Source: Clostridia bacterium (GTDB lineage Bacteria > Bacillota > Sulfobacillia > RBS10-35 > JAJYVM01). Taken from it: a stretch of DNA of 46,140 nucleotides. A program made the position numbers and the translations under genes. Positions within the stretch are counted from its first letter, which is position 1, and every line of letters starts with the position of its first letter. Below the pieces are notes generated by a model that was not told the DNA's origin, searched no databases, and saw only the letters and a list, made by a program, of their open reading frames with translations. The stretch is from assembly GCA_027314765.1 (NCBI GenBank), contig DAHVAF010000263.1, positions 1 through 46,140 on the forward strand, given 5' to 3'. Shown in pieces: positions 1 to 9,861 of the stretch.

Positions 1-2
1 CC

Positions 3-647
3 ACGAGCGCGGCCACCAGCTGCGGCACGAGCCTCGCCAGCGCCGGCGACAGCTTCACCTATTACCCGGCGGCGGCGAGTGCCGTGGTCCGCACGCTGCA
101 GCCCGGCTGGAACACCCTGTCGATCCCGTTCCCGCTGGCCAACCCGGCGCTGGTCCAGATCCTCTCCGACCACGGCGCCTCGCTGGAGGCGGCGTACATC
201 TTCGTGCACGGGCGCTGGTTCCAGGTGAGCCTGCGCGACCCGGACATCCTGCAGGTGCCCATGGCCGGTCTGTTCGTGCTGATCGGGCAGTCGGCCACGC
301 CCGTGACGGCCACCTTCGAGCCGGCCAGTCCGCCGGCCGGGAGCTCGGGTCTGCCGCCGGCGCCGAACCTACCGCCGACCCTCAACCTCCAGCAGGGCTG
401 GAACCTGGTGGGCCCCTCGGCGATCCTCGGCGGCGAGAGCTACCATAACTTCCTGGCGAGCGTGCCGAACAACGCGGCGACGATGCTGATCGACCCGAAC
501 GGCGCGGACGTGCCGGTGATCGACCCCGGCTCCGCGACCGGCAGCCAGGTCAAGAACGGCTTCGCCTACTGGCTATATGTGGACCAGCCCGAGCAGTCGC
601 TGGTGGGCGAGATCCTGACGGGGAGGACTCAGGGGCCCGGGCGCTAG
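3..647 (+). CDS. C-terminal part of a hypothetical secreted or surface protein (5' end lies outside the window)
   Basis: The frame is open from base 3, with no stop before the listed GTG at 84, and ends at TAG 645-647. Two internal copies of an LQxGWN(T/L) module are separated by a Pro-rich linker (PPAGSSGLPPAPNLPP). No family recognised. Confidence 0.4.
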   Translation, partial: TSAATSCGTSLASAGDSFTYYPAAASAVVRTLQPGWNTLSIPFPLANPALVQILSDHGASLEAAYIFVHGRWFQVSLRDPDILQVPMAGLFVLIGQSATPVTATFEPASPPAGSSGLPPAPNLPPTLNLQQGWNLVGPSAILGGESYHNFLASVPNNAATMLIDPNGADVPVIDPGSATGSQVKNGFAYWLYVDQPEQSLVGEILTGRTQGPGR

Positions 648-698
648 CGGGTGGGCCGGGCGCGCGTCAAGCGACAGCCTGGCCGGCCACGACCCGGA

Positions 699-1253
699 CT
701 ATCGCCCGAGCAGCTCGCGCAGGGAGGAGTGAAAACCAGGTAGGACGGGATCCTCGACGATGGCGTCCGGGTGCGTGGTGACTCGCTCGCCGCCGCCGGC
801 CGCGATCTGGCGCAGGGTGCCTGCCGCGGGATCAAGGATCCAGACGGACCGGACGCCGGCCGCCAAATACTGCTGAACCTTCCGCTCCATGTCCACGTTG
901 GCATCGGACGGGGAGAGCACCTCGACGGCCAAGTCCGGCGGCACTTCGCTGAATCGCCGCCGGTCGGCGACGCGCGCAAGGCGCTCGTTCGACACGAAAG
1001 CGACGTCCGGCGCCCGCAGGGTGTCAGGGCCGCGGCGCAGCCGGAAGCCTGGCTCGTTTGTGAGCGTGACGCCGAGGTGGTGGGCGCGGACGTGGGTTTG
1101 CAGGGCCGTCACGACCGCCGCGCTGATCTCCCCATGCTCAAACCCGGCCGGCGGCATGATGATCAACTCCCCCTCGTCGATCTCGTACCGCCAGCCCTCG
1201 GGGAGCCGCACCAGGTCCTCCGACGTCCACGTTCCGGACGGCACAGTCGCCAC
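699..1253 (-). CDS. Uma2 family (DUF820) putative endonuclease
   Basis: The 184-aa product shows the Uma2 layout: [19 protein letters not shown]...HGEIS...EPGFRL...APDVAF...[12 protein letters not shown]...K...Y...GV...W. GTG start at 1253 is preceded by GGAGGGGGG. Confidence 0.8.
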   Translation of the reverse strand: MATVPSGTWTSEDLVRLPEGWRYEIDEGELIIMPPAGFEHGEISAAVVTALQTHVRAHHLGVTLTNEPGFRLRRGPDTLRAPDVAFVSNERLARVADRRRFSEVPPDLAVEVLSPSDANVDMERKVQQYLAAGVRSVWILDPAAGTLRQIAAGGGERVTTHPDAIVEDPVLPGFHSSLRELLGR

Positions 1254-1302
1254 CGCCGACCAGCCCCCCCTCCAAGACCCAGGGTATCACGCGCGCCTTT
1301 CG

Positions 1303-1331
1303 TTGACGCTCCAGGACCCCGCGGATACCAT
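1303..1331 (+). promoter_or_regulatory. Candidate sigma-70 promoter of the nuo operon
   Basis: TTGACG (1303-1308), an exact 17-nt spacer, then TACCAT (1326-1331). It lies in the 250-bp divergent intergenic region upstream of nuoA. Motif match only. Confidence 0.35.
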
Positions 1332-1504
1332 GATGAGTGAGCGGCTTTCATTCGATGCAGTACGCGAGGGGTGCATTCCGCGCCAGCTTGTGACGAAAAG
1401 CACAAAGTCTGGCGCCGCACCGTGCGGGGTGGCCCGGGATCGTCAGCGCGGGCCGTCCCGCGCGCACTCGGGTGACTCACGGCAGAGATGGAGGATTCCA
1501 CGCG

Positions 1505-1861
1505 ATGGCCTCGCCCTATGCTGCGCTGACCGTGTACCTCGGGCTCGTGGCCGCCGTCACGATCGTCGTCTCGATCGTCGCGACGCTCTTCGGGCGCAAG
1601 CGCCCGTCCCGCGCGAAGCTGGAGCCGTACGAGTGCGGCATCGTGCCGGAGAGCAAGTCGCCGCCGCGCTTCTCGGTGCGGTTTTACATGATCGCGATGC
1701 TCTTCGTGATCTTCGATGTCGAGGCGGCCTCGTTCTATCCCTGGGCCGTCCTGCTGCGCACCCTGCGCGGCCGGGGCCTTCTGGACATGGCGGTCTTCGC
1801 CCTCGTCCTCGCCATCGGCTACGCGTACGTCTGGAAGAAGGGCGGACTGCAATGGCAGTGA
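1505..1861 (+). CDS. nuoA: NADH-quinone oxidoreductase subunit A
   Basis: Contains LEPYECG...[19 protein letters not shown]...FYPWA, typical of NuoA. ATG 1505 sits 9-10 nt after GGAGGA. The ORF track's upstream start at 1472 is possible but lacks an RBS. Confidence 0.9.
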   Translation: MASPYAALTVYLGLVAAVTIVVSIVATLFGRKRPSRAKLEPYECGIVPESKSPPRFSVRFYMIAMLFVIFDVEAASFYPWAVLLRTLRGRGLLDMAVFALVLAIGYAYVWKKGGLQWQ

Positions 1862-2451
1862 ATAACGGCGGCACGCCGTTCATCCTGACCACCGTCGAGC
1901 AGATGGTCCGCTGGGGCCAGAAGAACTCGATCTGGCCGCTGACCATGGGCCTCGCCTGCTGCGCCATCGAGATGATGTCGCTTGTGACCGCGCGCTTCGA
2001 CTCGGCGCGCTTCGGGGCGGAGGTCTTCCGCGCCTCGCCGCGCCAGGCCGACCTGATGATCGTGTCCGGGCGCGTGTGCCACAAGATGGTGCCCGTGATC
2101 AAGCAGCTCTACGAGCAGATGCCTGAGCCGAAGTGGGTCATGTCCATGGGCTCCTGCGCCTGCAGCGGCGGCGTCTTCAACAACTACGCCGTGGTGCAGG
2201 GCGTCGACAACGTCCTGCCGGTCGACATCTACGTGCCGGGCTGCCCGCCGACGCCCGAGCAGGTGCTGGAGGCCATCCTGCGCCTGCGCGACGGCATCGC
2301 TGCCGGCGACCCCAAGGCCGGGCTGCCGTTCGTGCAGGCGGCGTCCATTAAAGCCGCTCGCGCGCCGATGACGGCGCGCTCCGTTGAAGCCGCTCGCGCG
2401 CCGATGACGGCGCGCTCCACCACCCAGGCGGGCGGCGCCAGCCGTGGCTGA
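1852..2451 (+). CDS. nuoB: NADH-quinone oxidoreductase subunit B
   Basis: Contains [15 protein letters not shown]...[12 protein letters not shown]...MGSCACSGG...PGCPP (N2 cluster cysteines). ATG 1852 overlaps the nuoA stop. It is embedded in the artefactual long ORF 889..2451. The C-terminal tail holds a 36-bp tandem duplication. Confidence 0.93.
   Translation: MAVNNGGTPFILTTVEQMVRWGQKNSIWPLTMGLACCAIEMMSLVTARFDSARFGAEVFRASPRQADLMIVSGRVCHKMVPVIKQLYEQMPEPKWVMSMGSCACSGGVFNNYAVVQGVDNVLPVDIYVPGCPPTPEQVLEAILRLRDGIAAGDPKAGLPFVQAASIKAARAPMTARSVEAARAPMTARSTTQAGGASRG
2351..2418 (+). repeat. In-frame tandem duplication (period 36 bp) in the nuoB 3' tail
   Basis: aagccgctcgcgcgccgatgacggcgcgctcc occurs at 2351-2382 and identically at 2387-2418, separated by gttg. 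Each copy contains a GCGCGCC-N6-GGCGCGC hairpin. The encoded peptide is (K/E)[10 protein letters not shown](V/T), twice. Confidence 0.95.
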
Positions 2452-2992
2452 GGCGGGGTCCGAGCCGAGGACGGAGCAGGCGGCCGCCGAGGTCGCCGCA
2501 TCGGCCGCCAACGCGCCGTTCGACCTGGCGGCGCTGCAGGCCCGCTTCCCCGACGTCGCCTATGAGCAGCCGGGCGCCGACGGATGGCCGGTCCTCCGCG
2601 TCCCGCTGAAGGACTGGCGCGAGCTGATCGCCCACCTGCGCGACGCCGAGGGCTTCAACATCCTGCTGGATGTGGCGGCCGTGGACTGGCTGCAGCGCGC
2701 GGAGGGCCGCTTCGACCTGCTGGCCCACCTCCGGCGCCTGCCCACCACGGCGCAGATCCGCTGCATGACCATTGTCGACGGCGCGCAAAGCGCGCCGTCA
2801 CTGACGCCGCTCTTCGAGTCGGCGGACTGGGGCGAGCGCGAGGTCTACGACCTCATGGGCATCCGCTTCGACGGCCATCCCGACCTGCGCCGGATCCTTC
2901 TGCCCGACGACTGGGAGGGTTTCCCGCTGCGCCGCGACTATCCCGTCGAGGGGCCGCGGGTTCTGGATCCGGCCAGCAAATACGCGCACTAG
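2444..2992 (+). CDS. nuoC: NADH-quinone oxidoreductase subunit C
   Basis: Contains [41 protein letters not shown], typical of NuoC. GTG start overlaps the nuoB end by 8 nt. Confidence 0.9.
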   Translation: MAEAGSEPRTEQAAAEVAASAANAPFDLAALQARFPDVAYEQPGADGWPVLRVPLKDWRELIAHLRDAEGFNILLDVAAVDWLQRAEGRFDLLAHLRRLPTTAQIRCMTIVDGAQSAPSLTPLFESADWGEREVYDLMGIRFDGHPDLRRILLPDDWEGFPLRRDYPVEGPRVLDPASKYAH

Positions 2993-3010
2993 AAAGCGGG
3001 CAGGACCGCG

Positions 3011-4189
3011 ATGGCCGAGACCTCGACCGAGACGATGGTGCTGAACATGGGGCCCCAGCACCCGAGCACGCACGGGGTGCTGCGCCTGATCGTCGAGGTG
3101 GACGGCGAGACGATCGTCCGCTGCCAGCCCGACATCGGGTTCCTCCACACCGGCATCGAGAAGCAGTTCGAGACGCACACCTGGCAGCAGGCCGTGACGG
3201 ACAGCGACCGCATGGACTACCTGTCGCCGCTCACGAACAACCTCGGCTACGTGCTGGCGGTCGAGCGGCTGCTGGAGATCCAGGTGCCGCCGCGCTGCGA
3301 GGCCATCCGCGTCCTCTTCTGCGAGCTCTCGCGCGTCTCCAGCCACCTGGTGTGGCTCGGCACCTCGGCCCTGGAGTTGGGCGCGCAGTCCATCTTCTTC
3401 TACTGCTTCCAGGCGCGCGAGGCCATTCTCGACATGTTCGAGGCCACGGCCGGCGTGCGCATGAACCCGTCCTACATGCGCGTCGGCGGGCTGATGTATG
3501 ACATCCCGCCGCAGCTTCCGGGCATGGTGGCGCGCTTTCTGGAGGAGCTGCCGCGCTGGCTCGCCGACTTCCGCGCGCTGCTCGACGGCAACCCGATCTT
3601 CCGCGAGCGCGTGGTGGGCGTCGGCGTGCTGGGCAGGGAGCAGGCCCTGGCGTACGGCGTCACGGGCCCGTCGCTGCGTGCCGCCGGCGTGGCCTGGGAC
3701 GTGCGCAAGGCCTACCCGTACTCCGGCTACGAGCGCTACGAGTTCGGGGTGCCGACGCGCACGGACGGCGATGTCTGGGCGCGGTACGAGGTGCGCATGG
3801 CCGAGATGGAGGAGAGCGGCAAGATCATCCGCCAGGCGATGGCGGGCATGCCCGACGGCGCCTGGAAGACGGACGACCGCAAGGTGGCGCTGCCGCCGCG
3901 CGAGGAGCTGCACCGCTCGATGGAGGCGCTGATCCACCACTTCAAGCTGGTGGCGCAGGGCTTCAACGTGCCGGCCGGCGCCGTGTACCAGCCGGTGGAG
4001 GGCCCGCGCGGCGAGATCGGCTTCTACGTGGTTTCGGACGGCGGCGCCCACCCCTACCGCGTGCGCGTGCGGCCGCCATCGTTCTACAACACAGCCGTCC
4101 TGACGCGGCTCCTGGAGGGCCGCCTGCTGGCCGACGCTGTGGCGATCATCGCCAGCCTGGACATGGTCATGGGAGAGGTGGACCGCTGA
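3011..4189 (+). CDS. nuoD: NADH-quinone oxidoreductase subunit D
   Basis: Contains NMGPQHPSTHGVLRL...GFLHTGIEK...RMDY and a C-terminal DMVMGEVDR, typical of the NuoD 49-kDa subunit. Confidence 0.96.
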   Translation: MAETSTETMVLNMGPQHPSTHGVLRLIVEVDGETIVRCQPDIGFLHTGIEKQFETHTWQQAVTDSDRMDYLSPLTNNLGYVLAVERLLEIQVPPRCEAIRVLFCELSRVSSHLVWLGTSALELGAQSIFFYCFQAREAILDMFEATAGVRMNPSYMRVGGLMYDIPPQLPGMVARFLEELPRWLADFRALLDGNPIFRERVVGVGVLGREQALAYGVTGPSLRAAGVAWDVRKAYPYSGYERYEFGVPTRTDGDVWARYEVRMAEMEESGKIIRQAMAGMPDGAWKTDDRKVALPPREELHRSMEALIHHFKLVAQGFNVPAGAVYQPVEGPRGEIGFYVVSDGGAHPYRVRVRPPSFYNTAVLTRLLEGRLLADAVAIIASLDMVMGEVDR

Positions 4190-4695
4190 TGGTCCTGGAT
4201 CCGGCGGAGACCAAGGAGATGGTGGCGCGCTACCCCGAGCGGCGCTCGGTCGTGCTGCCGCTGCTCTGGCGCGCGCAGGAGCGCATCGGCTACATCTCGG
4301 ACGAGGCGATCGGCGAGGTGGCAGCCGCGGCCGGCGTGCCGGCCTCGGAGGTCAGCTCCGTCGTGACGTTTTACACGATGTTCCGGCGGGAAAAGCCCCC
4401 GGCGCGGCGGCTGCAGGTGTGCAGGAGCCTGTCGTGCGCCATGGCGGGCGCGGACGAGCTGGTGGCGGCCCTGCGCGAGATGCCGGGCTGCGGCGAGAAG
4501 TTCTCGGTGGAGACGGTGGAGTGCCTGGCGGCGTGCGACCGCGCGATCGCGGGGATTTATAACGAGGGATTGGTGGGGCCGCTGAACCTGGCGGGTTCCG
4601 CAAAGCTCGTTCGTGACGGCGGCGCCGCCGGCGCCGCCGCTCCGGCGGGTTCCTCCGGTGCGGGTGCCCCGCTGGAAGGGGGCGGGCGGCCGTGA
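4189..4695 (+). CDS. nuoE: NADH-quinone oxidoreductase subunit E
   Basis: 2Fe-2S thioredoxin-like motifs VCRSLSC and ECLAACDRA. TGATG coupling to nuoD. Gly/Ala-rich C-terminal tail. Confidence 0.9.
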   Translation: MVLDPAETKEMVARYPERRSVVLPLLWRAQERIGYISDEAIGEVAAAAGVPASEVSSVVTFYTMFRREKPPARRLQVCRSLSCAMAGADELVAALREMPGCGEKFSVETVECLAACDRAIAGIYNEGLVGPLNLAGSAKLVRDGGAAGAAAPAGSSGAGAPLEGGGRP

Positions 4696-6008
4696 TCATG
4701 CGCCTTCTGACGGATGGCATCGGCGAGGTCGACCTGCGCGACATCGGCACCTACCGGGCGCGCGGGGGCTACCGCGCCGTGGAGAATGCCCTGCGCCGGA
4801 TGTCGCCCAAGGAGGTCGCCGACGAGGTCAGCGCGGCGAACCTGCGCGGGCGCGGCGGCGCCGGCTTCCCGGCCGGGCGCAAGTGGTCGTTTCTGCCGGG
4901 CGACGGGCGGCCGCGCTACCTCTGCGTCAACGGGGACGAGAGCGAGCCCGGCTCGTTCAACAACCGCATGCTGGTCGAGGATAACCCCCACCTGCTGGTG
5001 GAGGGCGTGATCTGCTCCTCGTACGCCATCGGCTGCAGCTTCGCCGTGATCTACCTGCGCGGCGAGTTCTACGAGGGTGCGGCCATCATGGGCCGGGCCC
5101 TGGAGCAGGCGGCGGAGGCCGGGTATGTCGGCGAGCACATCCTGGGCAGCGACTACTCGCTGCGCATCGTGGTCCACCGCGGCGCCGGCGCCTACATCTG
5201 CGGCGAGGAGTCGGCCCTGCTGGAGTCCATCGAGGGCAAGCGCGGCCACCCGCGCGTGAAGCCGCCGTTCCCTGCCGTGGCGGGGCTCTACGCCTCGCCG
5301 ACCGTCGTCAACACCGTCGAGACGCTCTGCTGCGTGCCGTCGATCGTCAACAACGGCGGCGCCTGGTTCGCGGGCATCGGCTCGCCGAAGAGCCCGGGGA
5401 CCAAGATCTGCTCCATCAGCGGGCACGTGCGCCGGCCCGGCAACTACGAGCTGGTGATGGGCACGCCGCTGCGCGAGCTGGTCGAGGAGCACGCCGGCGG
5501 CATCCGGGACGGCCACCGGCTGAAGATGATCCTGCCGGCGGGGGCCAGCAGCGCCGCCATGACGCCGGACCAGCTGGACACGCCGCTCGACTTCGACGCG
5601 ATGGCGGCGGCCGGCTCCCTGCTGGGCTCGGCCGGGCTGATCGTGTGCGACGAGACCACGTGCGCCGTGAAGGTGGCGCTGCTCGGCGAGAGCTTTTACG
5701 CCCACGAGTCGTGCGGGAAGTGCACCCCGTGCCGCGAGGGCACGAAGTGGGTCGAGAAGGTGCTGGCCCGCCTGGAGGGCGGCCAGGGCCGGCCCGAGGA
5801 CGTGGATCTGCTGAAGAGCCTGGTCGGCGAGATCGGCGGCGGCAAGTGCCTGTGCCCGCTGGGCGACTTCGCGGTGACCTACCTCGGGTCGGCGCTGAAG
5901 CTGTTCGAGGACGAGTTTGTGGCGCACGCGCACGGGCGGACGTGCTCGGAGCGCCTCCAGGCGCGGCCCACGGCATCCGTGGCCACGGGTGAGGTGCTGT
6001 CGGCATGA
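4692..6008 (+). CDS. nuoF: NADH-quinone oxidoreductase subunit F
   Basis: Contains GRGGAGFPAGRKW (FMN/NADH site), GAGAYICGEESALLESIEG and ESCGKCTPCREG (N3 cluster). GTG 4692 or ATG 4698 could be the start. Confidence 0.96.
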   Translation: MIMRLLTDGIGEVDLRDIGTYRARGGYRAVENALRRMSPKEVADEVSAANLRGRGGAGFPAGRKWSFLPGDGRPRYLCVNGDESEPGSFNNRMLVEDNPHLLVEGVICSSYAIGCSFAVIYLRGEFYEGAAIMGRALEQAAEAGYVGEHILGSDYSLRIVVHRGAGAYICGEESALLESIEGKRGHPRVKPPFPAVAGLYASPTVVNTVETLCCVPSIVNNGGAWFAGIGSPKSPGTKICSISGHVRRPGNYELVMGTPLRELVEEHAGGIRDGHRLKMILPAGASSAAMTPDQLDTPLDFDAMAAAGSLLGSAGLIVCDETTCAVKVALLGESFYAHESCGKCTPCREGTKWVEKVLARLEGGQGRPEDVDLLKSLVGEIGGGKCLCPLGDFAVTYLGSALKLFEDEFVAHAHGRTCSERLQARPTASVATGEVLSA

Positions 6009-7996
6009 TCACGCTCACGATCGACGGAAAGACGGTCAGCGTCGAGCCGGGTACGCTGCTGGTCGAGGCGGCCCGTGCGGCGGGCCGCGACATCCCCGTC
6101 TACTGCTATCATCCGAAGTTGGCTCCCGCGGGCGCATGTCGAATGTGTCTCGTGGAAATCGAGAAGATGCCCAAGCTGCAGACGGCCTGCACGACCCCCG
6201 TGAGCGAGGGCATGGCGGTCCATACGACCACGGCTCGCGTCAAGGAGGCCCAGCACGGGGTCCTGGAGCTGCTGCTCATCAACCACCCGCTGGACTGCCC
6301 GATCTGCGACAAGGGCGGCGAGTGCGACCTCCAGGACTTCACGCTGCGCTACGGGCCGCCGTCGAGCCGGTTCCTGGACGGCAAGATCCACCGCAAGAAG
6401 GCCCTGGACTGCCCGCCCTTCCTGGTCATCGACGAGGAGCGCTGCATCCTCTGCCAGCGCTGCGTCCGGTATGAGGACGAGATCCTGCACGAGCGCAACA
6501 TCGTGCTGATCGAACGCGGTTCGCACATGACGATCGGCACCGAGGGCCGGGACGACTACGGCGGCTACTACTCCGGCAACAACACCGAGCTCTGCCCGGT
6601 GGGCGCGCTCACCAGCCGGCCCTACCGCTTCAAGTCGCGGCCGTGGGACCTGAAGATGACGCCGACCATCTGCACGCAGTGCTCCCTGCACTGCAACGTG
6701 CGGGCCGACGTGCGGCACGGCGACCTCATGCGGCTGATGATCCATGACAACCCTCAGGTCGATGGCGGGTGGCTCTGCGATCGGGGACGGTACGCGATCG
6801 GCGACGCGAAAGCCGCGGAGCGGCTTTCGCATCCCCTGGTCCGCGGCGGCGAGGTCTCCTGGGACATTGCCCTCGCCGAAGTCCAGAACGCCCTGGAAGC
6901 GGGCCCTGTGGCCGGCCTGGGTGGCGGCCGCCTGACCAACGAGGCCGCGGCGGCTTTCAAGCAGATCTGCGGAACGGTCGATTGGCGCGTGGGCCGTCAG
7001 ACGTACGCGCGGGTGCCCGGCGTCGCGGAAGCGACGCCGTCCGACCTCAGCGAGGCCGACGTGATCGTGCTGGTGGACACCTGCCCGATGGAAGAGGCCC
7101 CGATCCTGGATCTCCGGATCCGCCACCACAAGCGGGTCATCGACGTGGGGCCGGTGCCCGGGATGCGGGTCGGACCCGCGGAGCGGGTCGTATGCGCTCC
7201 TGACGGAGTTGCGGAGGCGCTGCGTGGGCTCGACCTGAGCGCGGCCAAGCATCCGGTGGTGGTCTGGAACGGCCGCGGCGAGCTGGTGGAGGCCATCCGG
7301 GCCCTGGGCGCTCCGGTCCTCATGGTCCATGAGGTGGCCAACGCGCGTGGGGCGCATGACGCGGGGCTTGAGACCGAGGGCGACATCCTCGCGGCGTGCG
7401 CCGAGGGCAAAATCCACACCCTGTGGCTGGCCGGCGCCAACCCGCTGCGGAGCTACCCGGCGGATGTCCGCGCCGCGCTGGAGAAGGTCCCGGTGCTGAT
7501 CGTCAGCGACCTCTACCCAACGGAAGTGACGGAGCTGGCGACGATCGTCCTGCCCGTGGCCGGCCCCTTCGAGCGCGCCGGCACGTTCACAAACCTCGGT
7601 GGGCTGACGCAGACCGCGGCGGCTGTCGTCGCCCCGCGCGGGCTCTCCGACGAGCGGATCTTCCAGCGGCTGCGGCCGGCTGCCCAGCCGGCCAAGGACC
7701 TGCCGGCGCGGCGTTCGTTCCAGGGCGGCAATCTGCTCGTCCGGCCGCACCTCTGGAGCGGCGGCGGCAACACGCGCTTCGACCGCACGCTGGAAGCGGC
7801 GCGGACGGCCCTGGCCACCGTGCGCGTGCACCCGTCGCAGGGCCTGGCGGCCGGGACTCACGTGATGATCAATGACGTGCACGAGGCGGTGGTGGCGGTG
7901 GACCCTGGGCTGCATCCCGCCGTCGTGGTCGTGCCTGACCGCACCTTCGCCGGCCTCGGCGCGGACGCGCGGCTGAGGGCGGTGGTGCCCGCGTGA
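6005..7996 (+). CDS. nuoG: NADH-quinone oxidoreductase subunit G
   Basis: N-terminal 2Fe-2S (CRMCLV), HPLDCPICDKGGECDLQ, CILCQRCVR and CTQCSLHC motifs, followed by a reduced molybdopterin-like domain. ATGA coupling to nuoF. Confidence 0.9.
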   Translation: MITLTIDGKTVSVEPGTLLVEAARAAGRDIPVYCYHPKLAPAGACRMCLVEIEKMPKLQTACTTPVSEGMAVHTTTARVKEAQHGVLELLLINHPLDCPICDKGGECDLQDFTLRYGPPSSRFLDGKIHRKKALDCPPFLVIDEERCILCQRCVRYEDEILHERNIVLIERGSHMTIGTEGRDDYGGYYSGNNTELCPVGALTSRPYRFKSRPWDLKMTPTICTQCSLHCNVRADVRHGDLMRLMIHDNPQVDGGWLCDRGRYAIGDAKAAERLSHPLVRGGEVSWDIALAEVQNALEAGPVAGLGGGRLTNEAAAAFKQICGTVDWRVGRQTYARVPGVAEATPSDLSEADVIVLVDTCPMEEAPILDLRIRHHKRVIDVGPVPGMRVGPAERVVCAPDGVAEALRGLDLSAAKHPVVVWNGRGELVEAIRALGAPVLMVHEVANARGAHDAGLETEGDILAACAEGKIHTLWLAGANPLRSYPADVRAALEKVPVLIVSDLYPTEVTELATIVLPVAGPFERAGTFTNLGGLTQTAAAVVAPRGLSDERIFQRLRPAAQPAKDLPARRSFQGGNLLVRPHLWSGGGNTRFDRTLEAARTALATVRVHPSQGLAAGTHVMINDVHEAVVAVDPGLHPAVVVVPDRTFAGLGADARLRAVVPA

Positions 7997-8949
7997 ACCC
8001 GCTGCTGGCGGCGCTCCTCCGGGGCCTTCTGGCCATCCTCTGCCTGCTGACGGCCTTCGCGTACACCATGGTGCTCGAGCGCAAGGTGCTCGGGTACTTC
8101 CAGTTGCGCTGGGGGCCCACCAAGGTCGGGCCGTGGGGGATGCTGCAGCCCCTGGCGGACGCCGTGAAGATGGTCCTGAAGGAGGACATCCGCCCCGCCG
8201 GCATCGACAGGTTCATCTACGCGCTGGCGCCCGGCATCTCGCTGTTCGCGGCGCTGGCCATCTTCGCGGCCGTGCCCATCGGGCCGAACGCCGCCGTCAC
8301 CGACCCGCCGGGCGGCCTGCTCTACGTCCTGGCCCTGGCCGCGCTCGGCGTCTACGGCGTGTCCCTGGGCGGTTGGTCCTCGCAGAGCAAGTACGCGCTG
8401 CTGGGCAGCCTGCGGGCGACGGCCCAGATGATCTCCTACGAGCTCGCCATGGGCATGGCGGTGCTCGCCGTGGTCGTGGCCGCCGGCACCGTGAGCCTGA
8501 CCGGCGTCGTGCAGGCCCAGGCCAGCATCTGGTTCGTCCTGCCGGAGATCGTCGCGTTCGTCATCTTCCTGATCTGCGCCACGGCCGAGGGCAACCGGGC
8601 CCCGTTCGACCTGGCGGAGGCGGAGTCCGAGCTGGTGGCCGGCTACCACACCGAGTTCACCGGGCTGCGCTTCGCCATGTTCGTCATGGCCGAGTACATC
8701 GACATGATCGTGCTCGCGGTTGTGGGCGCCCTGCTCTTTCTGGGCGGGTGGCGCGGCCCGGCGCCCGTCCCCGGGTTCATCTGGCTCCTGCTCAAGACCG
8801 GCGTCCTGATCTTCCTGCAGATGTGGGTGCGGGCCACGTTCCCGCGCCTGCGCTACGACAAGCTGATGGACTTCGGCTGGAAGTGGCTGCTCCCGTTCGC
8901 GTTCCTGAATCTCGCCGGCACGGCGATTATCGTCGCGCTGCGGGGGTGA
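7993..8949 (+). CDS. nuoH: NADH-quinone oxidoreductase subunit H
   Basis: Contains ERKVLGYFQLRWGPTKVGPWGMLQPLADAVK...EGNRAPFDLAEAESELVAGYHTEF, typical of NuoH/ND1. Confidence 0.96.
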   Translation: MNPLLAALLRGLLAILCLLTAFAYTMVLERKVLGYFQLRWGPTKVGPWGMLQPLADAVKMVLKEDIRPAGIDRFIYALAPGISLFAALAIFAAVPIGPNAAVTDPPGGLLYVLALAALGVYGVSLGGWSSQSKYALLGSLRATAQMISYELAMGMAVLAVVVAAGTVSLTGVVQAQASIWFVLPEIVAFVIFLICATAEGNRAPFDLAEAESELVAGYHTEFTGLRFAMFVMAEYIDMIVLAVVGALLFLGGWRGPAPVPGFIWLLLKTGVLIFLQMWVRATFPRLRYDKLMDFGWKWLLPFAFLNLAGTAIIVALRG

Positions 8950-8956
8950 TCGGCTG

Positions 8957-9376
8957 ATGGGTGGACTGGTGAAGGGCCTCGCAACGACGCTGAAGTACCT
9001 GCGGCGGCCGCGCGCCACTGTGGACTACCCCGCGAAGGAGCGTCCGTATCCGGAGCGCTTCCGCGGGCTGCACATCCTGGACCGAGACGCCGAGGGGCTG
9101 GAGCGCTGCGTCGGCTGCGAGCTGTGCGCGGCCGCCTGCCCCGTGCACTGCATCACGGTCGAGGCGGCGGAGAACCCGGTGGGGGCGCCATACTCGGCCG
9201 GCGAGCGGTATGCTTGGCGCTACGAGATCGACCTCCTGCGCTGCATCTTCTGCGGCTACTGCGAGGAGGCGTGCCCCGAGGACGCGATCCAGCTGACGCC
9301 GCGGCACGACCTGCTCAGCAATAAGCGGGAGGACTTCCTGGTCGGCAAGGACTGGCTGACGGTGCCGCGCCAATGA
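8957..9376 (+). CDS. nuoI: NADH-quinone oxidoreductase subunit I
   Basis: Two 4Fe-4S ferredoxin motifs, CVGCELCAAACP and CIFCGYCEEACP. Confidence 0.95.
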   Translation: MGGLVKGLATTLKYLRRPRATVDYPAKERPYPERFRGLHILDRDAEGLERCVGCELCAAACPVHCITVEAAENPVGAPYSAGERYAWRYEIDLLRCIFCGYCEEACPEDAIQLTPRHDLLSNKREDFLVGKDWLTVPRQ

Positions 9377-9861
9377 CGCTTGCCGTGCTGGGCGCGGCCG
9401 CCGTCGCGGCCGCCCTTGGCGTGATATCAGCCCGCAACCCCGTGCACTGCGTGCTCTGGCTGATCGCGCACCTGGCCGCGCTGGCGGCCATTTTCCTGAC
9501 CCTGAGCGCCGAGTTTCTGGCTCTGATCCAGATCCTCGTCAACGCGGGCGCGGTGATTGTCCTGTTCCTGTTCGTCGTCAGCCTGCTCGGGCCGAGCAAG
9601 GAGGCCGAGGGCCTGCTGGCGCGGCGGGGCGAGGTTTGGCCGGCGCTGATGGCGGGCGTCGTCTTCCTCGGCGCCCTCCTCGTGATGGGCCTGCATCAGG
9701 CGCCCGCGCCCGGATCCGTGCCCTCCGGCTTTGGCAGCGTGCCGTCCGTGGGCAACGCCCTGTTCGGCCCGCAGCTGCTGCCGTTCGAGCTGACGGCCCT
9801 GGCCCTGCTGGTCGCCATCGTGAGCGTCGTGACTCTGGCGGGGAGGTCGCGGCAGCCGTGA
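9373..9861 (+). CDS. nuoJ: NADH-quinone oxidoreductase subunit J
   Basis: Hydrophobic 162-aa product with SARNPVHCVLWL...AEFLALIQILVNAGAV. ATGA coupling and operon position support the call. Confidence 0.87.
   Translation: MTLAVLGAAAVAAALGVISARNPVHCVLWLIAHLAALAAIFLTLSAEFLALIQILVNAGAVIVLFLFVVSLLGPSKEAEGLLARRGEVWPALMAGVVFLGALLVMGLHQAPAPGSVPSGFGSVPSVGNALFGPQLLPFELTALALLVAIVSVVTLAGRSRQP

Noticed and set aside
889-2451. A 520-aa plus-strand ORF that looks like a large fusion protein ending in NuoB
   Set aside because: Only the last 200 codons (from ATG 1852) are NuoB. The upstream part is antisense to the Uma2 gene, crosses the promoter region and runs out of frame through nuoA. The same artefact explains 9636..10151, 9962..11881, 10792..13131, 19896..22256, 21776..23179, 34327..35439, 35220..36131, 40869..41837, 41714..42715 and 43889..45415, where I trimmed the starts.
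5879-7915. A 678-aa minus-strand ORF, together with similar long antisense ORFs at 2798..4051, 4557..5933, 7858..9018, 12999..14855, 23209..24936, 24861..26384, 25762..27312, 28273..29700 and 36699..38750
   Set aside because: All lie antisense to genes with unmistakable family motifs. Their products are Arg/Gly/Ala/Pro/His-rich with no recognisable motifs. Long stop-free antisense frames are expected at this GC content.
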